A stretch of DNA of 64,000 nt from Ylistrum balloti (taxonomy: Eukaryota). Position numbers and translations under genes: made by a program. The notes below the pieces were generated by a model, which worked only from the letters and a program-made list of their open reading frames with translations, ran no database searches and was not told the origin of the DNA. The stretch covers positions 496,001-560,000 of the forward strand of contig NW_026781915.1 in NCBI RefSeq assembly GCF_031769215.1. Reading direction: 5' to 3'. Each line of letters opens with the position of its first letter. Positions within the stretch are counted from its first letter, which is position 1. Positions 37,700-48,882 of the stretch are shown piece after piece.

Positions 37700-39563
37700 C
37701 AATTCTTCAATATTTTTTCTGAAATGTTTTTTAAAAATGCTAAGCGTATTATGGATATTTATCAGTAATGTTCCTGGCATGATCAGTTCACGAAGATGTT
37801 TTTGTGAGGATGTTTCAGAGGTAAAAAGAGTTCTTTCAAGTTGGGGGGGGGACCGGATAATGATTATTGTTTATCGTTTACTTGTTCAAGAGATTATATG
37901 TTTAGTCAGAGTTGAAATCTCACTTACCATTTGGATGACCATTCTTGAATTGAAAGAAAGCCATTTTGCTATACATGTATATAAATCAAATGCAATGATT
38001 CTTTCCCGGTATCAATGGTTATGGCGTCTGACTGTCTTCATCATTAGCCTTCACATGCCTCTGGGTAGCGGAGCTCGAAGCCTACATCGGACAGTCGCCT
38101 GGTACTTACATGGATAGTGTTAAGAAAATGGAACGGATTCTGGAACGTGCTTTGAGGTCTATGTATTAAGACTGCCTGTTTAAGTTGAAATAATCAAATA
38201 ATTTTAAAAATGTGAAAAGGTTTTTTGTACATGTAAAGATATGACTTCCGAGGTTGTATAGGATCTGATCTCTATCAAACAGCTTTTTTCTTATAATTTC
38301 AGACATGAAAGAACAACAGAGGTAATGAGAATAAACGCAATAAGATTTGGACAGAAATCTTCTAATTTAAAACATCTTGAGTGTGGAACAGTCTTCCAAA
38401 CGAATTCAGGAGGGTGGATAACTAGAAGGTATCCATGAGATGGATGATACCTGGTAGGGTCCAATTCATACCTAATCATTTTTTTCGCAGCATGATTCAT
38501 AACAGATACATCTCCATTTACAAACACTTAGATTGTAAAATAATCCTTTGCATATTTGTCAATACTTGCTCATTTGGTAGCATTTTTTCGACTCAGTAAT
38601 TTTCCTTTTTAGAAAAAAACCATTGCGCGACTAATAGTAAGCTCTTTCAACCTGTATGTTTCTAAATAACATCATTTGATCTTCAAAATCCTTCACCAAA
38701 AATATTAACTTTTCAGTATGTCGAAGTATCGAGATTTTTGTGCAAGATAACGCAGGTTTCGAGAGATGCAAAGTGATGAAGATTATTGAAAAGCTTTACT
38801 GTCGGTCTTTGTGAAATATGAAGCTAGGCGTGTTTGATGTTCTTCGTATATATTGTCTTCATTAGGGAACGTGACAAAACTTAATTGGACCAAGATTTAC
38901 CTTCCGGAACATCTGGTCTATCCCCCTTGTACTTTTTCATGATTCTACGTGAAATAGCTTTTCATTTCTTCGTCGATTTTGTTTTTAAATCATGATTCTC
39001 ACTCTTCACCTACATTTGCATGGAAATGCTTACTGAAAAAAAGCTGTTTGTATGTTAATCCGTCACCTGGTTGAATGTCATGCAATTCAATCCCGGAAGA
39101 AACATAGCAAATTGATATCATGAATTTAGGTAATAAGTGTCTTTACATGGCAAAATGTATTAATAGTAATACAATCATCGTTGTAATTCAAAGCAACTTT
39201 TTACAATACCAAACCATGCATACATTCTAATACATTTTCCCCAAAGAGCATCCATAAGATCAAGTGAAAACTGCAGGGTCTTTTCCTTGGGGGACCATGA
39301 CTCCGGATCGTGTTCCAGAACTAAGAATCACTTGTTTCAAAAGCGCAATATTTTGACAGAATAACTTGAGGTATCTTTTTCAAAGTCATTGAGATAAAGT
39401 AGGTAACAAAATAGCTTCAGTTCTACGTTTTTGTTGTCATGTAATAGAATACTTTCACCAAAAGTAGAAATCCAGATTTATACGATCTGTACAAATCCAT
39501 GCAAAATCTTTTCTGTTTTCTCTGCAAAGTCCAGACGTGATATCAACATTAGAGTTGTTAACA
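37700..39563 (-). pseudogene. Decayed coding-like relic; the first ~500 nt carry motifs reminiscent of the Mab-21/cGAS-like (cGLR) C-lobe
   Basis: After a polypyrimidine/AG acceptor at 39564, one frame reads ...HGFVQIV*IWISTFGESILL..ELKLFCYLL..DTSSYSVKILRF*..LEHDPESW..CIR....FAMFLPGLN, with several stops. The family call is pattern recognition only. Confidence 0.3.
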
Positions 39564-40904
39564 CTGTAATGATATAAAAATAAATATACCCCCTTTCTCT
39601 CTCTTCTACTCCTATAGACAATATACTATTGGTATTATTGTTTTTTTTCTCTTCTCACATAGTATGGTAGTTTATGTTCTTAATTTCGATTACGTTTTCT
39701 TTAACTGGAGATGGATTTGTGTAAGTTGTAAAACTAGTTTCCATGTATAATTTCAATTACGTGTTTGATGTTACTACTGATGCTATGTAAAGAGAAATTA
39801 AATAAAAGTTTATAGTAAAGATAACTGGATGTAATACCATGATGCGTATGGCTTCAAAATTTAGGTCATTAGCATCACTAACGAGTCCTAGAAACAAAAT
39901 TAAAAAAACAACCAATAAATTGCAGCTTAATTCATTCTTAGCTCTACTGTATTTAACTCTATATATGTAAGCTAATATGGTTTTCACTTGTGTGCGCGTT
40001 GTACCTTCTTATGACTTCATATTTCAGCACTTTGTCGTACTTACAAACTGTTGATAAACTCGAACTCCGTGTTATGATACCAATAAAATAAGTTTTTAAT
40101 GTTTGCATAATTTAGTACCTTTCTTGTTAACACCCTGTAACCAGAAACAGGAAACGAATGTTTCCGTTTCTACAAAGTTGGAAACAATTTTAAAAAAAAA
40201 GAGTTGAAAATTGTGTGTAATTTTTTTGCTAATTGGCGTGTTATGTACTCATTATCATATTAATATCTTTGTTCATGTATATTGTACACGCGATGTATTA
40301 CTAGTACAAAAAAAAAATAATAAAAAAACCAAAATACAACAACAAAATACATTTATATATCAATTAGACCTATAATTAGTTAAAAAAGGAAATTTCTATA
40401 GATTTAACAACTTTTACGAGTCACTTATTGTTATTGACAATTTGTTTATCACAACCTTATCCAGTCTATAGTTGTTGCAAAACTTCCTATACGGCGTTTT
40501 ACTTTCGAGATGATGACTGAGGCTAATGTGACAAATCTGAAATATGCCCCAGCAGTGTCCATTGTCCTGGGACAAGAAAAGTTATGTCCCACTTGTTCTT
40601 TACTTTGCTTGGAATAATCGGATTAAGTCTCCGACCAAGTTTTAAATGGTATAAGAATCCGGTTTAATTTCTAGCTGAATGAATGGTACGAAGTGCCGTG
40701 TGACCGGGTCATTATAAAATTAGCTTGTCTTTCACAACGGATATGTCTTGCTGTCATGCTAATACAGGAAAGTGGTTCTAATTCCTTGGTAATTTTCACA
40801 TGACAAAATAATTTTCAAGTGAGTAAGTATGTATCATCTTATAAAAGAAAATCTGAACCATTTACACTAAAATAGACACTTTTCCGATATTCTGTGCATT
40901 GATG

Positions 40905-41030
40905 TAATTTCACCATGCTATGGAAGGAAACCGAAATACCCGGTGACCCCAAAAAGTTTTCACATCCGTTCTGGAATTGAACCCCTGACACCTAGGTTAA
41001 AGGCAAATGCGTTACCGGTACCCCACCTGA
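40905..41030 (-). mobile_element. tRNA-derived SINE fragment
   Basis: ggaattgaacccc is the reverse complement of a B-box-like GGTTCAATTCC. The adjacent ggaaaccgaaatacccgg resembles the mollusc SINE body. Confidence 0.5.
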
Positions 41031-41059
41031 TCATTGTTGAGATGATACAATATTAGACA

Positions 41060-41115
41060 GGAAAACCCACGTAAGAAACCATATAATACCAAGTGACAAT
41101 ATTTCAAGACAGTTT
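41060..41115 (+). promoter_or_regulatory. Putative core promoter of cytokine-like gene A
   Basis: GGAAAACCC (kappaB-like) at 41060-41068, overlapping CCACGTAAG (bZIP-like), TATAAT at 41082-41087 and a CAGTT initiator-like sequence at about 41110. The ATG is at 41163. Confidence 0.4.
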
Positions 41116-41162
41116 TAAAGATCACAGATTGATACCGAAGTCACCTTTCTAATATTGTTACT

Positions 41163-43122
41163 ATGATGTGTTTATTGTACTTAGGTAAACTTCAACACCT
41201 TTTGATTTGCACTAATTTCTCACAATAACGCGCCTGAAAACGATATGCGAGAATATCGTTGAAAGAATGTCTTGTAAGAATCCTTGAGTAGACTGAGGGT
41301 GTAGCAAATCCGATTTATAGTTTTCCTGAAACTGGTATTACATCCGTTTTGAAAAGCATCCATAAAACCATTGTCTTAAATAATCTTAAATATTGTATTA
41401 AAAGAAACACTGTGAGAAATGAAGAACGAAATAGTTTTAACAAATTATTTTCTATTCTGTGCAATATAGGGACAGTTCGGTAATATATTCTTATATACAA
41501 TGTATAGACATACCAGATAAAAACAAATCATAAAATGAATTTGTTTCAAAGGTTTGTTATTGGCCCAAACGTTCGGCGTTTTGGCCGACTGTCCAGGATT
41601 GCACCACGACACACCCACGTCTGAAATAATGGGAATATGTGGACAACTGGATGTTTGTACTGCGAGAGACCCCAATCACAGTTCTTCTCAGGTATTCGAC
41701 AGAAACATAGCTCTGAGACTTTGGAGGAAAGCTAAACGGATGGACAGAGCGTTTGACGACCTGGTAAGTTGTAGAGTATCGAATACATAACGACTAATCA
41801 TTGTTTCCCTTTGGCCTGTTGCTGCTTGTTTTCAATATTCGTTACTCTGTGAAGAACAAGCTTTGTAATGAACGGGTTAGGCTTAAGCATTGTGTTGGTT
41901 ATGCAGAATGATAAAATTTATTTGGAAGTTCTGCATTCTTAATAGCAATCTCATCGAGATTTTATTGAAGCGATATGGATCTGAACGAGTTTGATGCTCA
42001 TTATTTTGCGTGTTGGGTCAGTGTATACGTTGTTCTCATTTGAGAACATAACATTACCAGTACTATGTCACAAGCTATCTATCTGAGCCAGTACGATCAT
42101 CTCATATTTTTTTCATGGATACAAATGGATTTGTCAAATGTTATACTTTGCTAGTATGGCCGATGTAGTCCTAGCATCATACCATCTCCGACTGAGGAAT
42201 GTCGCTCATGTATGGAAACACTCCTCCCTCATAATCTACCTTATGAGAACGTCACGGCAAAAGAAGTAAGTATATGAATTGATCAAAGAAGAAAAGTCTT
42301 GGCATACACACACATTTGTTTTTGTAATTTACTTTCTTCAGTAAATCCGTTGACATTATCACAAGAGTTTTAGAATGGAGATTTAAAAAAAAGTCAAATA
42401 GTTAGATGTTTCATGTTTGTGTGTTTTTATATAGTTTCACGTTATCTGAATGTATATAGTCTAACAACGGCGAGTAAATATTATTCAAAGCTGAAAATCT
42501 CTTAAATGAAACATTTGCAACGTTTAGTATCGCACAGAAACGTTTTTGAAAAATACAGCATTTTTTACTGAAATAAACCATTTTCAGAGTGACCTATTCA
42601 CTTTACGTTATCATGCAGTCTTTGAAAAGAGAGAACCATGGCTCTTTCAAAGCTCCGATTTCAACTAGGTATCTGTAAGAGTGTAAATTAAATACAAAAT
42701 AGCCAGCGGAGGGACAATGCAAACAGTTTTAAAATAATCATAATGTGTATATATATATTTTGTTTCAGATGAGGGATAGTTTATTAACAGATTATACAGT
42801 ATTAGGAAAGGTCGTGGGAGCCCTCACGCGCATGCACGAAGGTTGTTCGCGATATCTGTATGTCCACCATCATATCACTAGGGCTGAAATTGCGACGAAA
42901 CAGCTCATGTGTGAGATCGGTGTGTCCCTTCCAAGTGTCGGGGGTGATCAACCCTGTGGCCCTCTGTATCCTTTACTGACCTCATGGTGTCATACAAACA
43001 ACTGTTTTGATTGGTATGATCGCAACTTTCTAGTTATGGACAAGCTCATCGATACCTCACAAGCCGTGAAGAGCAAGTATACCCATTTATTGTCAAGCCA
43101 CGTGATATACGATGCGAAATAA
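41163..43122 (+). CDS. Secreted 232-aa protein, candidate long-chain four-helix cytokine (Unpaired/IL-6-like), paralog A
   Basis: Exons 41163-41184, 41552-41763, 42155-42265 and 42769-43122 (intron phases 1,0,0; GT-AG) total 699 nt with no internal stop. The signal peptide is MMCLLYLGLLLAQTFGVLA. Amphipathic segments: RNIALRLWRKAKRMDRAFDDL, SLLTDYTVLGKVVGAL, EIATKQLMCEIGVSL, DRNFLVMDKLIDTSQAVKSKY. Exon 1 is the least certain element. Confidence 0.75.
41945..42057 (+). mobile_element. Penelope-like 3' fragment in intron 2 of cytokine-like gene A
   Basis: Aligns by eye with 45477-45601; shared blocks include atctcat.gaga, tttgatgctc.tta.tttgc.tg.tgggt and tcatttgagaac..acattac. Confidence 0.7.
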
Positions 43123-43469
43123 GGTCGCAGGTATTTCAGCTGTACACGAATGAGGAGCAAACAGTTTCGATGTGTCGTTTCAACATGTAATGCTTGTTCT
43201 GTACATTAACTTATAAGGATTACTTTATACAAGGAATAATGACATGTCAAAACAATTGCATCTAGGCCAATTGTTTTGGTGAAATCTTATTTGCTTTCTA
43301 TTTTTCGACTTAGGTTCCTAAAGCATACTACCTCCAGCACTTGGTCGAATTAATGCCATCGTTGTATTAAACTTACACACTTTGCTATGATTATGTATTT
43401 TATACCATATTGAAGTTTATGTATCAATATATACGTGTTTTTTTATCACAAATACTTATCTTATATGTT

Positions 43470-44335
43470 GAATTGATATCGTCACTGGGCGGTATCTTTT
43501 TCTGTATCCTTTATTTCCACTGGATAACGTTTATTTTTTTTATTGAATGATACCTTTTTACGTGTTACTATTTTCATTGGATGCTAACTTGTCACGTATT
43601 ATAATTGCCATGATAACTGTTTACGTTTTATTATTTTCACTGGATGATAACCTTTTACGTATCTTTCATTGGATGATAACTGTTTACGTTTTATTATTTT
43701 CACTGGATGATAACCTTTTACGTATCTTTCATTGGATGATAACTGTTTACGTTTTATTATTTTCACTGGATGATAACTTTTTACGTATCTTTCATTGGAT
43801 GATAACTGTTTACGTTTTATTATTTTCACTGGATGATAACTTTTTACGTATCTTTCATTGGGATAACTGTTTACGTTTTATTATTTTCACTGGATGATAA
43901 CTTTTTACGTATCTTTCATTGATGATAACTGTTTACGTTTTATTATTTTCACTGGATGATAACTTTTTACGTATCTTTCATTGGATGATAACTGTTTACG
44001 TTTTATTATTTTCACTGGATGATAACTTTTTACGTATCTTTCATTGGATGATAACTGTTTACGTTTTATTATTTTCACTGGATGATAACTTTTTACGTAT
44101 CTTTCATTGGATGATAACTGTTTACGTTTTATTATTTTCACTGGATGATAACTTTTTACGTATCTTTCATTGGATGATAACTGTTTACGTTTTATTATTT
44201 TCACTGGATGATAACCTTTTACGTATCTTTCATTGGATGATAACTGTTTACGTTTTATTATTTTCACTGGATGATGACCTTTTACGTTTTATTATTTTCA
44301 TTGGATGATACCTTGCCACGTATTATTATTTTTTC
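43470..44335 (+). repeat. 63-bp dimeric (34+29 bp) higher-order minisatellite just 3' of gene A
   Basis: tggatgataactgtttacgttttattattttcac alternates with tggatgataactttttacgtatctttcat; this produces the 21-aa periodic ORFs. Confidence 0.95.
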
Positions 44336-44729
44336 ATATACGGATCCTTTTGTCAGTTTCTATTTTACCTCATTTTTCGTGGACAATATCGGCCTATTAT
44401 AGCATGTCTTTTTGATATAATAAATGTAATTATAAAGCAAATGTGTTTGACTCTAAGTACTAGATGAATAACACTACTTTGAGTATCAAATGATTTGATT
44501 TGATTTTTCAAATGTTTTGTTGACAAAGACATCGTTGTATAGGAACAATCACGAAGGACATGTCCCAACAAAGGAGGGCTGTCATTTAACAGACATCAAC
44601 CACACTGTCATCATCCACATTGTCATTAATTCTTTCAATAACATAAATACATGTATCTACACATAAACATACATTATATTGGCTATAACAATTTACAAAA
44701 CTTTTAATTAATTTATTCAATGAAATTTT

Positions 44730-45700
44730 CAAATGTATCCTCATCACCAAATCTTTTTTCTATACTACTAACCACCATTCCAATTACTATCAAAACTGGG
44801 TTACACTCTTCTTGTGATACTGTTTACTCAAGAAATGGAGTTAATAGTGTGTGGATTTTGAAGAATTCCAGAGAACTTTTGACCAATCTTTAACACCCTC
44901 TTCTAAAAACATTTCTTCTATAATAACATTTTATATTTACACACTGTACACAACCTTACCCCATTCTAAACGGAAGAGGCGCCTTCGTTCTCTTGTTATG
45001 AGAGCTTGCTTCTCCAAGAAAGGTGAACGGCGGTATAAATATGTAGCTGTGAACTATACAGAAGCGTATTTCGTAAAACTTACGTCAAAATCAAAGAAGT
45101 AATATACGGAGGACAAAATAATCATTGAGTTTTTTGTTGACAACGTCTTCGTCGAGTTTGGTGGAAAGACTTTGAAAATCCTTTAATTCCACCTTCAGAT
45201 ATATTGATGACGTCTTGTCTTAAAATTATAAGAAAATTTATTGACTGCGTCCATCGTATATATCCATCAGAAATGGAAGTCAAAGATACGACAGACTCTT
45301 CTACGGCAGCTGCTTATCTCGATCGTTTTCCTACAACGAAGCCAACATGGACAGTTGTACGATAAACGTGATGATTTAAATTTCCCTATTGTGAATTTTC
45401 CATTTCTGGTTCCTAACACAAGAGTTCAAAAGATGCAGGCCGGTGAAATTTATGGGAAAGTTTTATGGTCGCCATAGTGATCTCATTGAGAAATATTCTG
45501 TTTCTTTGTGGGATATGAAGCTGGACGTATTTGATGCTCGTTAATTTGCCTGCTGGGTACGTTGTTGTATATCTTGTTTTCATTTGAGAACGTGACATTA
45601 CTTACTGGGATTGACCACGGTTTACATAGCGGATGTCGTCGATGAAGCAGAAAACGCTTACTCTTCCGAAACACCTGGTCTTATTCTCCGTGTTAATATT
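44730..45700 (+). mobile_element. Decayed Penelope-like retroelement (bivalve-type RT)
   Basis: Frameshifted motifs: GLHSSCDTVYSRNGVNSVWILKNSRELL, TLYTTLPHSK, GERRYKY, DNVFVEFGGK, KDTTDS..AAYLD, LYDKRDDLNFPIVNFPFL and GKFYGRHSDLIEKYSVS. The tail acgcttactcttccgaaacacctggtc is typical of this family. Confidence 0.85.
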
Positions 45701-48311
45701 TCTTTTGTTAATATTAGGCCCTAGTTTTATGGAATTTGAGTTTGAAGTATGATGATGTTGCCATGTTGGTATTTTCTGGATGCTTTTTTTTCAACAGAAT
45801 CTAGAAGTATCTTGAAATTCACATTCCAATTAACAGACGGGATTTCACGATATCTAGGACCCTTCATGAAAAGCTCTCGTACTTAACATTTTGAATAATG
45901 GTTAAATCACAAGTTACCATGTGCCCAGTTAGACCATAGTTACAAGTAGATGTAGATCAAGAACAAGGTGACGGAGGACAAGTTCTTATGTTATCTACAT
46001 TCAGTTGGATGCCTTGAGTAACTATAGCAAATTACAGGTTTTTTTTCTGCTTTGAAAGTATGGCGGTATTTAGCCTGAACAGACTTCTGGTATAAAATAT
46101 TGCTGATGTTTATTATTATTATTTTCATACTTGTTTATACTGAAATACATTATGCAAATTGATAATAGTTATAAAAATAAAGACAAAATATAAATAAATC
46201 TTTATATAAAAATGAATGAACACACAAAAGTAACATTCCGGAGCAATTCTTCGGATTGGCAATGTCATTTGAATAGAAGTTCTTAAACGACAGGAAGTAG
46301 AATTCATATTCACATACTATATACCCTAACATGATATATGGATAATTCAAATATAGCTTTCCCGTTAGGGTATATATCAGCGTCATTATTGGACAACAAA
46401 TGCTCTATTCTAATATGACGATGCTATGATTTACGTGTTGGTTTTAACTCGATATAACAAAAGGTCTAACGTTTTAAAGCAATGTTATTATCACATATAT
46501 TCTTCTCATATAATAATTGTATTGTAACAAAAAAGAAAAATACTACCGAAAAAGTACATATCATGTATCATATCAAGTTTTTAAAATTAATTATTTAATT
46601 TTAATTGTGCTTTATTGGAATATTACTTGTGAATAATTTTTTCCAAAACTAAAGTATCTGGAGATTGAGCCTTGCTGACGTTCTACATATCACATCTTAT
46701 TCTAATTAAGAATGACACCTGCACATAATATGCATTTACATGAATATTTATTTTAACATTTGATTCCAATGATCTGCATCCATATGGATTCTTAACTTCA
46801 CTGAGGATTTCTAGTAGAACAAAATGTTGCATTTTGAGGTGATTTCCCTTTTTATTTAGTTGTATTTGCTATTTTTAACCCTCAAGACTACTATGTTGAC
46901 ATGCTGTTCGATGTTTGCGTTTACTCACACAAATCAATAATTACAACAAAAACACAAAGAATGTAATCTTGTTTAAAATTATAAGCAGATGAAAACAAAT
47001 ACTAGTCATATGGCATTTTAGGACCCAATCAATTGATCACGTACTTGTCAAGATACAAGAATCTTTTTTCTAATTTTATTGAATGTCGTTTTGTTCAGTA
47101 GAGCTGTTTCTCTGTCTTTCTATACTGATATGACCTAGACCGTCAGACAGATGTCAAACAACAACATACCTGAATAATATACAGAAGAACATGTACATAA
47201 ACTGTGTAAAGGATCTCTTATTTTTGTTGTATTTATTACAGCTTTCACCCTTGCTTTAGATTGATAGCAAAACTAAGACAATTAAAACCTTCATTTTGAT
47301 GGTGAGGAAGCAATTACAAATATTTCCGATTGAAAAAAGAAACAGGGGGGAAGTGCCAATTCTATAAAAGTAAGGACTTACCTCTTTGTGAAAAGAAAAG
47401 AAAACAAGAAACTTTCCACGATAACTTCAGTAACATTTTTGTATCATAGGTTTGGTATACACATAAATTACCAGTGATATTTCGGAGTACAACATTATTC
47501 AAATTGTCATTGGTCAGAAACGCTGATCAATTCAGTCCCACTTGAAAGCAGGAAAAAATGTCAAAGGGTGACATTGACCCTGGAGTATAAACCTGTGACT
47601 CATTAGTTCACTCATTGTTACAAATACCTATTGGGATTATGGTAAAGTACAACTACTACAATCGCGTGACAATTATTCACAAGTTGAATACAAAGCCATA
47701 AAGCAAACAGTCACAGTATTGGTTTCATGGGTAAAGAAAGAGGTATTTAACTTTCTTTAGGGTAGTTTCTATTGCTATACAAATTACTGAGTGCATAGCA
47801 ATTACTTCTTCGATTCCATTGGCATCTAAAGGAAAATGGCTTGTAACAAAATAGAAAGGCGTGTTATTATTCGTGGGATTAGAGATGACTAGTTCTACTG
47901 GGAATAACCACAGGGTTTCCAATTTTAGGAAAGTTTTCCCCAGTTTTCTTTATAAAAGCATTGCGTTCTGAAGAATCAGATACATTAGTAAGTACAGTGT
48001 AGTGATCTAGAACATGACAACATTTAGTCGTAAGTAACCTAGTTATCCCATTGCAATGTATCATTTCATTATCAGCCAGTGTGATAAATATTTGTACCAG
48101 CTTGACATTAGAAACTTATATATTTTTAATCATCTCTAGCTTTTCCGATGATAATATAACTCACGCATTTGTGACCAATTATAGCGGTGCTCTCTATAGT
48201 CACTGAGTCAGGTTTTCTTGTTAGGACACAGCTGAAGAGAAGATTGAATGCGTTGGTTTTCAATCAAGTTATTTGTCTGTGTTCTCTAATTTAGTGTGTA
48301 AAATAATTATG

Positions 48312-48358
48312 TATAAATATTTCGTACCAGGTAACAGTACTAAAAGATAAAGGATCAG
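48312..48358 (+). promoter_or_regulatory. Putative TATA box and short non-coding first exon of cytokine-like gene B
   Basis: TATAAATA at 48312 is followed by a strong donor CAG|gtaagg at 48358. An acceptor tatag| at 48875 lies 7 nt before the ATG. Confidence 0.4.
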
Positions 48359-48882
48359 GTAAGGCATTTAATTCAAATTGGCGACATCATGTTGTCACTT
48401 GGAACGTCAAATCATCTTATGTTTTTCATTTTGAAAAGAAACAGGAAGAAAAGTGTTGGTGTTAAGTATCATATACAATACTATTAGTGCGCCAAATACT
48501 TTCAAATAGAGGACACGCTTTTAAGGAACAAATGACAAATTGTGGGTTTCATACTTCAGTCCTAAAGAGTGTTTTACATCAGAGTAAGAAAAAATACAGA
48601 CTAGGTTTGGCATTTATCTGCTAAATCATGGTAACATCTTTATCACTCTTCTTCATTTAACAGAGTTTTAGGTTTTGTCTTGTTATTCATAATAAGCCTT
48701 TGTAATGTGTAACCACAATATACATATGACTTACTGTGGTTCCTAGGATTATTGATGGATGGTTTGATGTAGAGTTTTAGTTCAATATTGTAAAATTTAC
48801 GGAATCTAGAAATATTTCGACGATCAAGTGTTGTGACTTTTTTTTTATCGAAGATTCCTGTAAACTATCGTATAGAAAAAAT

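Noticed and set aside
37695-38117. Plus-strand ORF with a signal-peptide-like segment as a first exon for gene A
   Set aside because: Its donor is phase 2 and weak, which is incompatible with the phase-1 acceptor at 41552, and it overlaps the minus-strand relic.
40713-40822. TATAAAA plus gtaagt donor as a coding first exon of gene A
   Set aside because: All ATG frames hit stops or have the wrong phase; at most this is an alternative non-coding exon.
41535-41553. ATG at 41535 as the start of gene A with a 1-nt frameshift (MNLFQ/GLLLAQ...)
   Set aside because: The phase-1 exon 41163-41184 gives a better signal peptide with no frameshift. This model remains a fallback only if that junction is unsupported.
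43547-44308. Periodic hydrophobic and basic ORFs on both strands
   Set aside because: They are translations of the 63-bp minisatellite.
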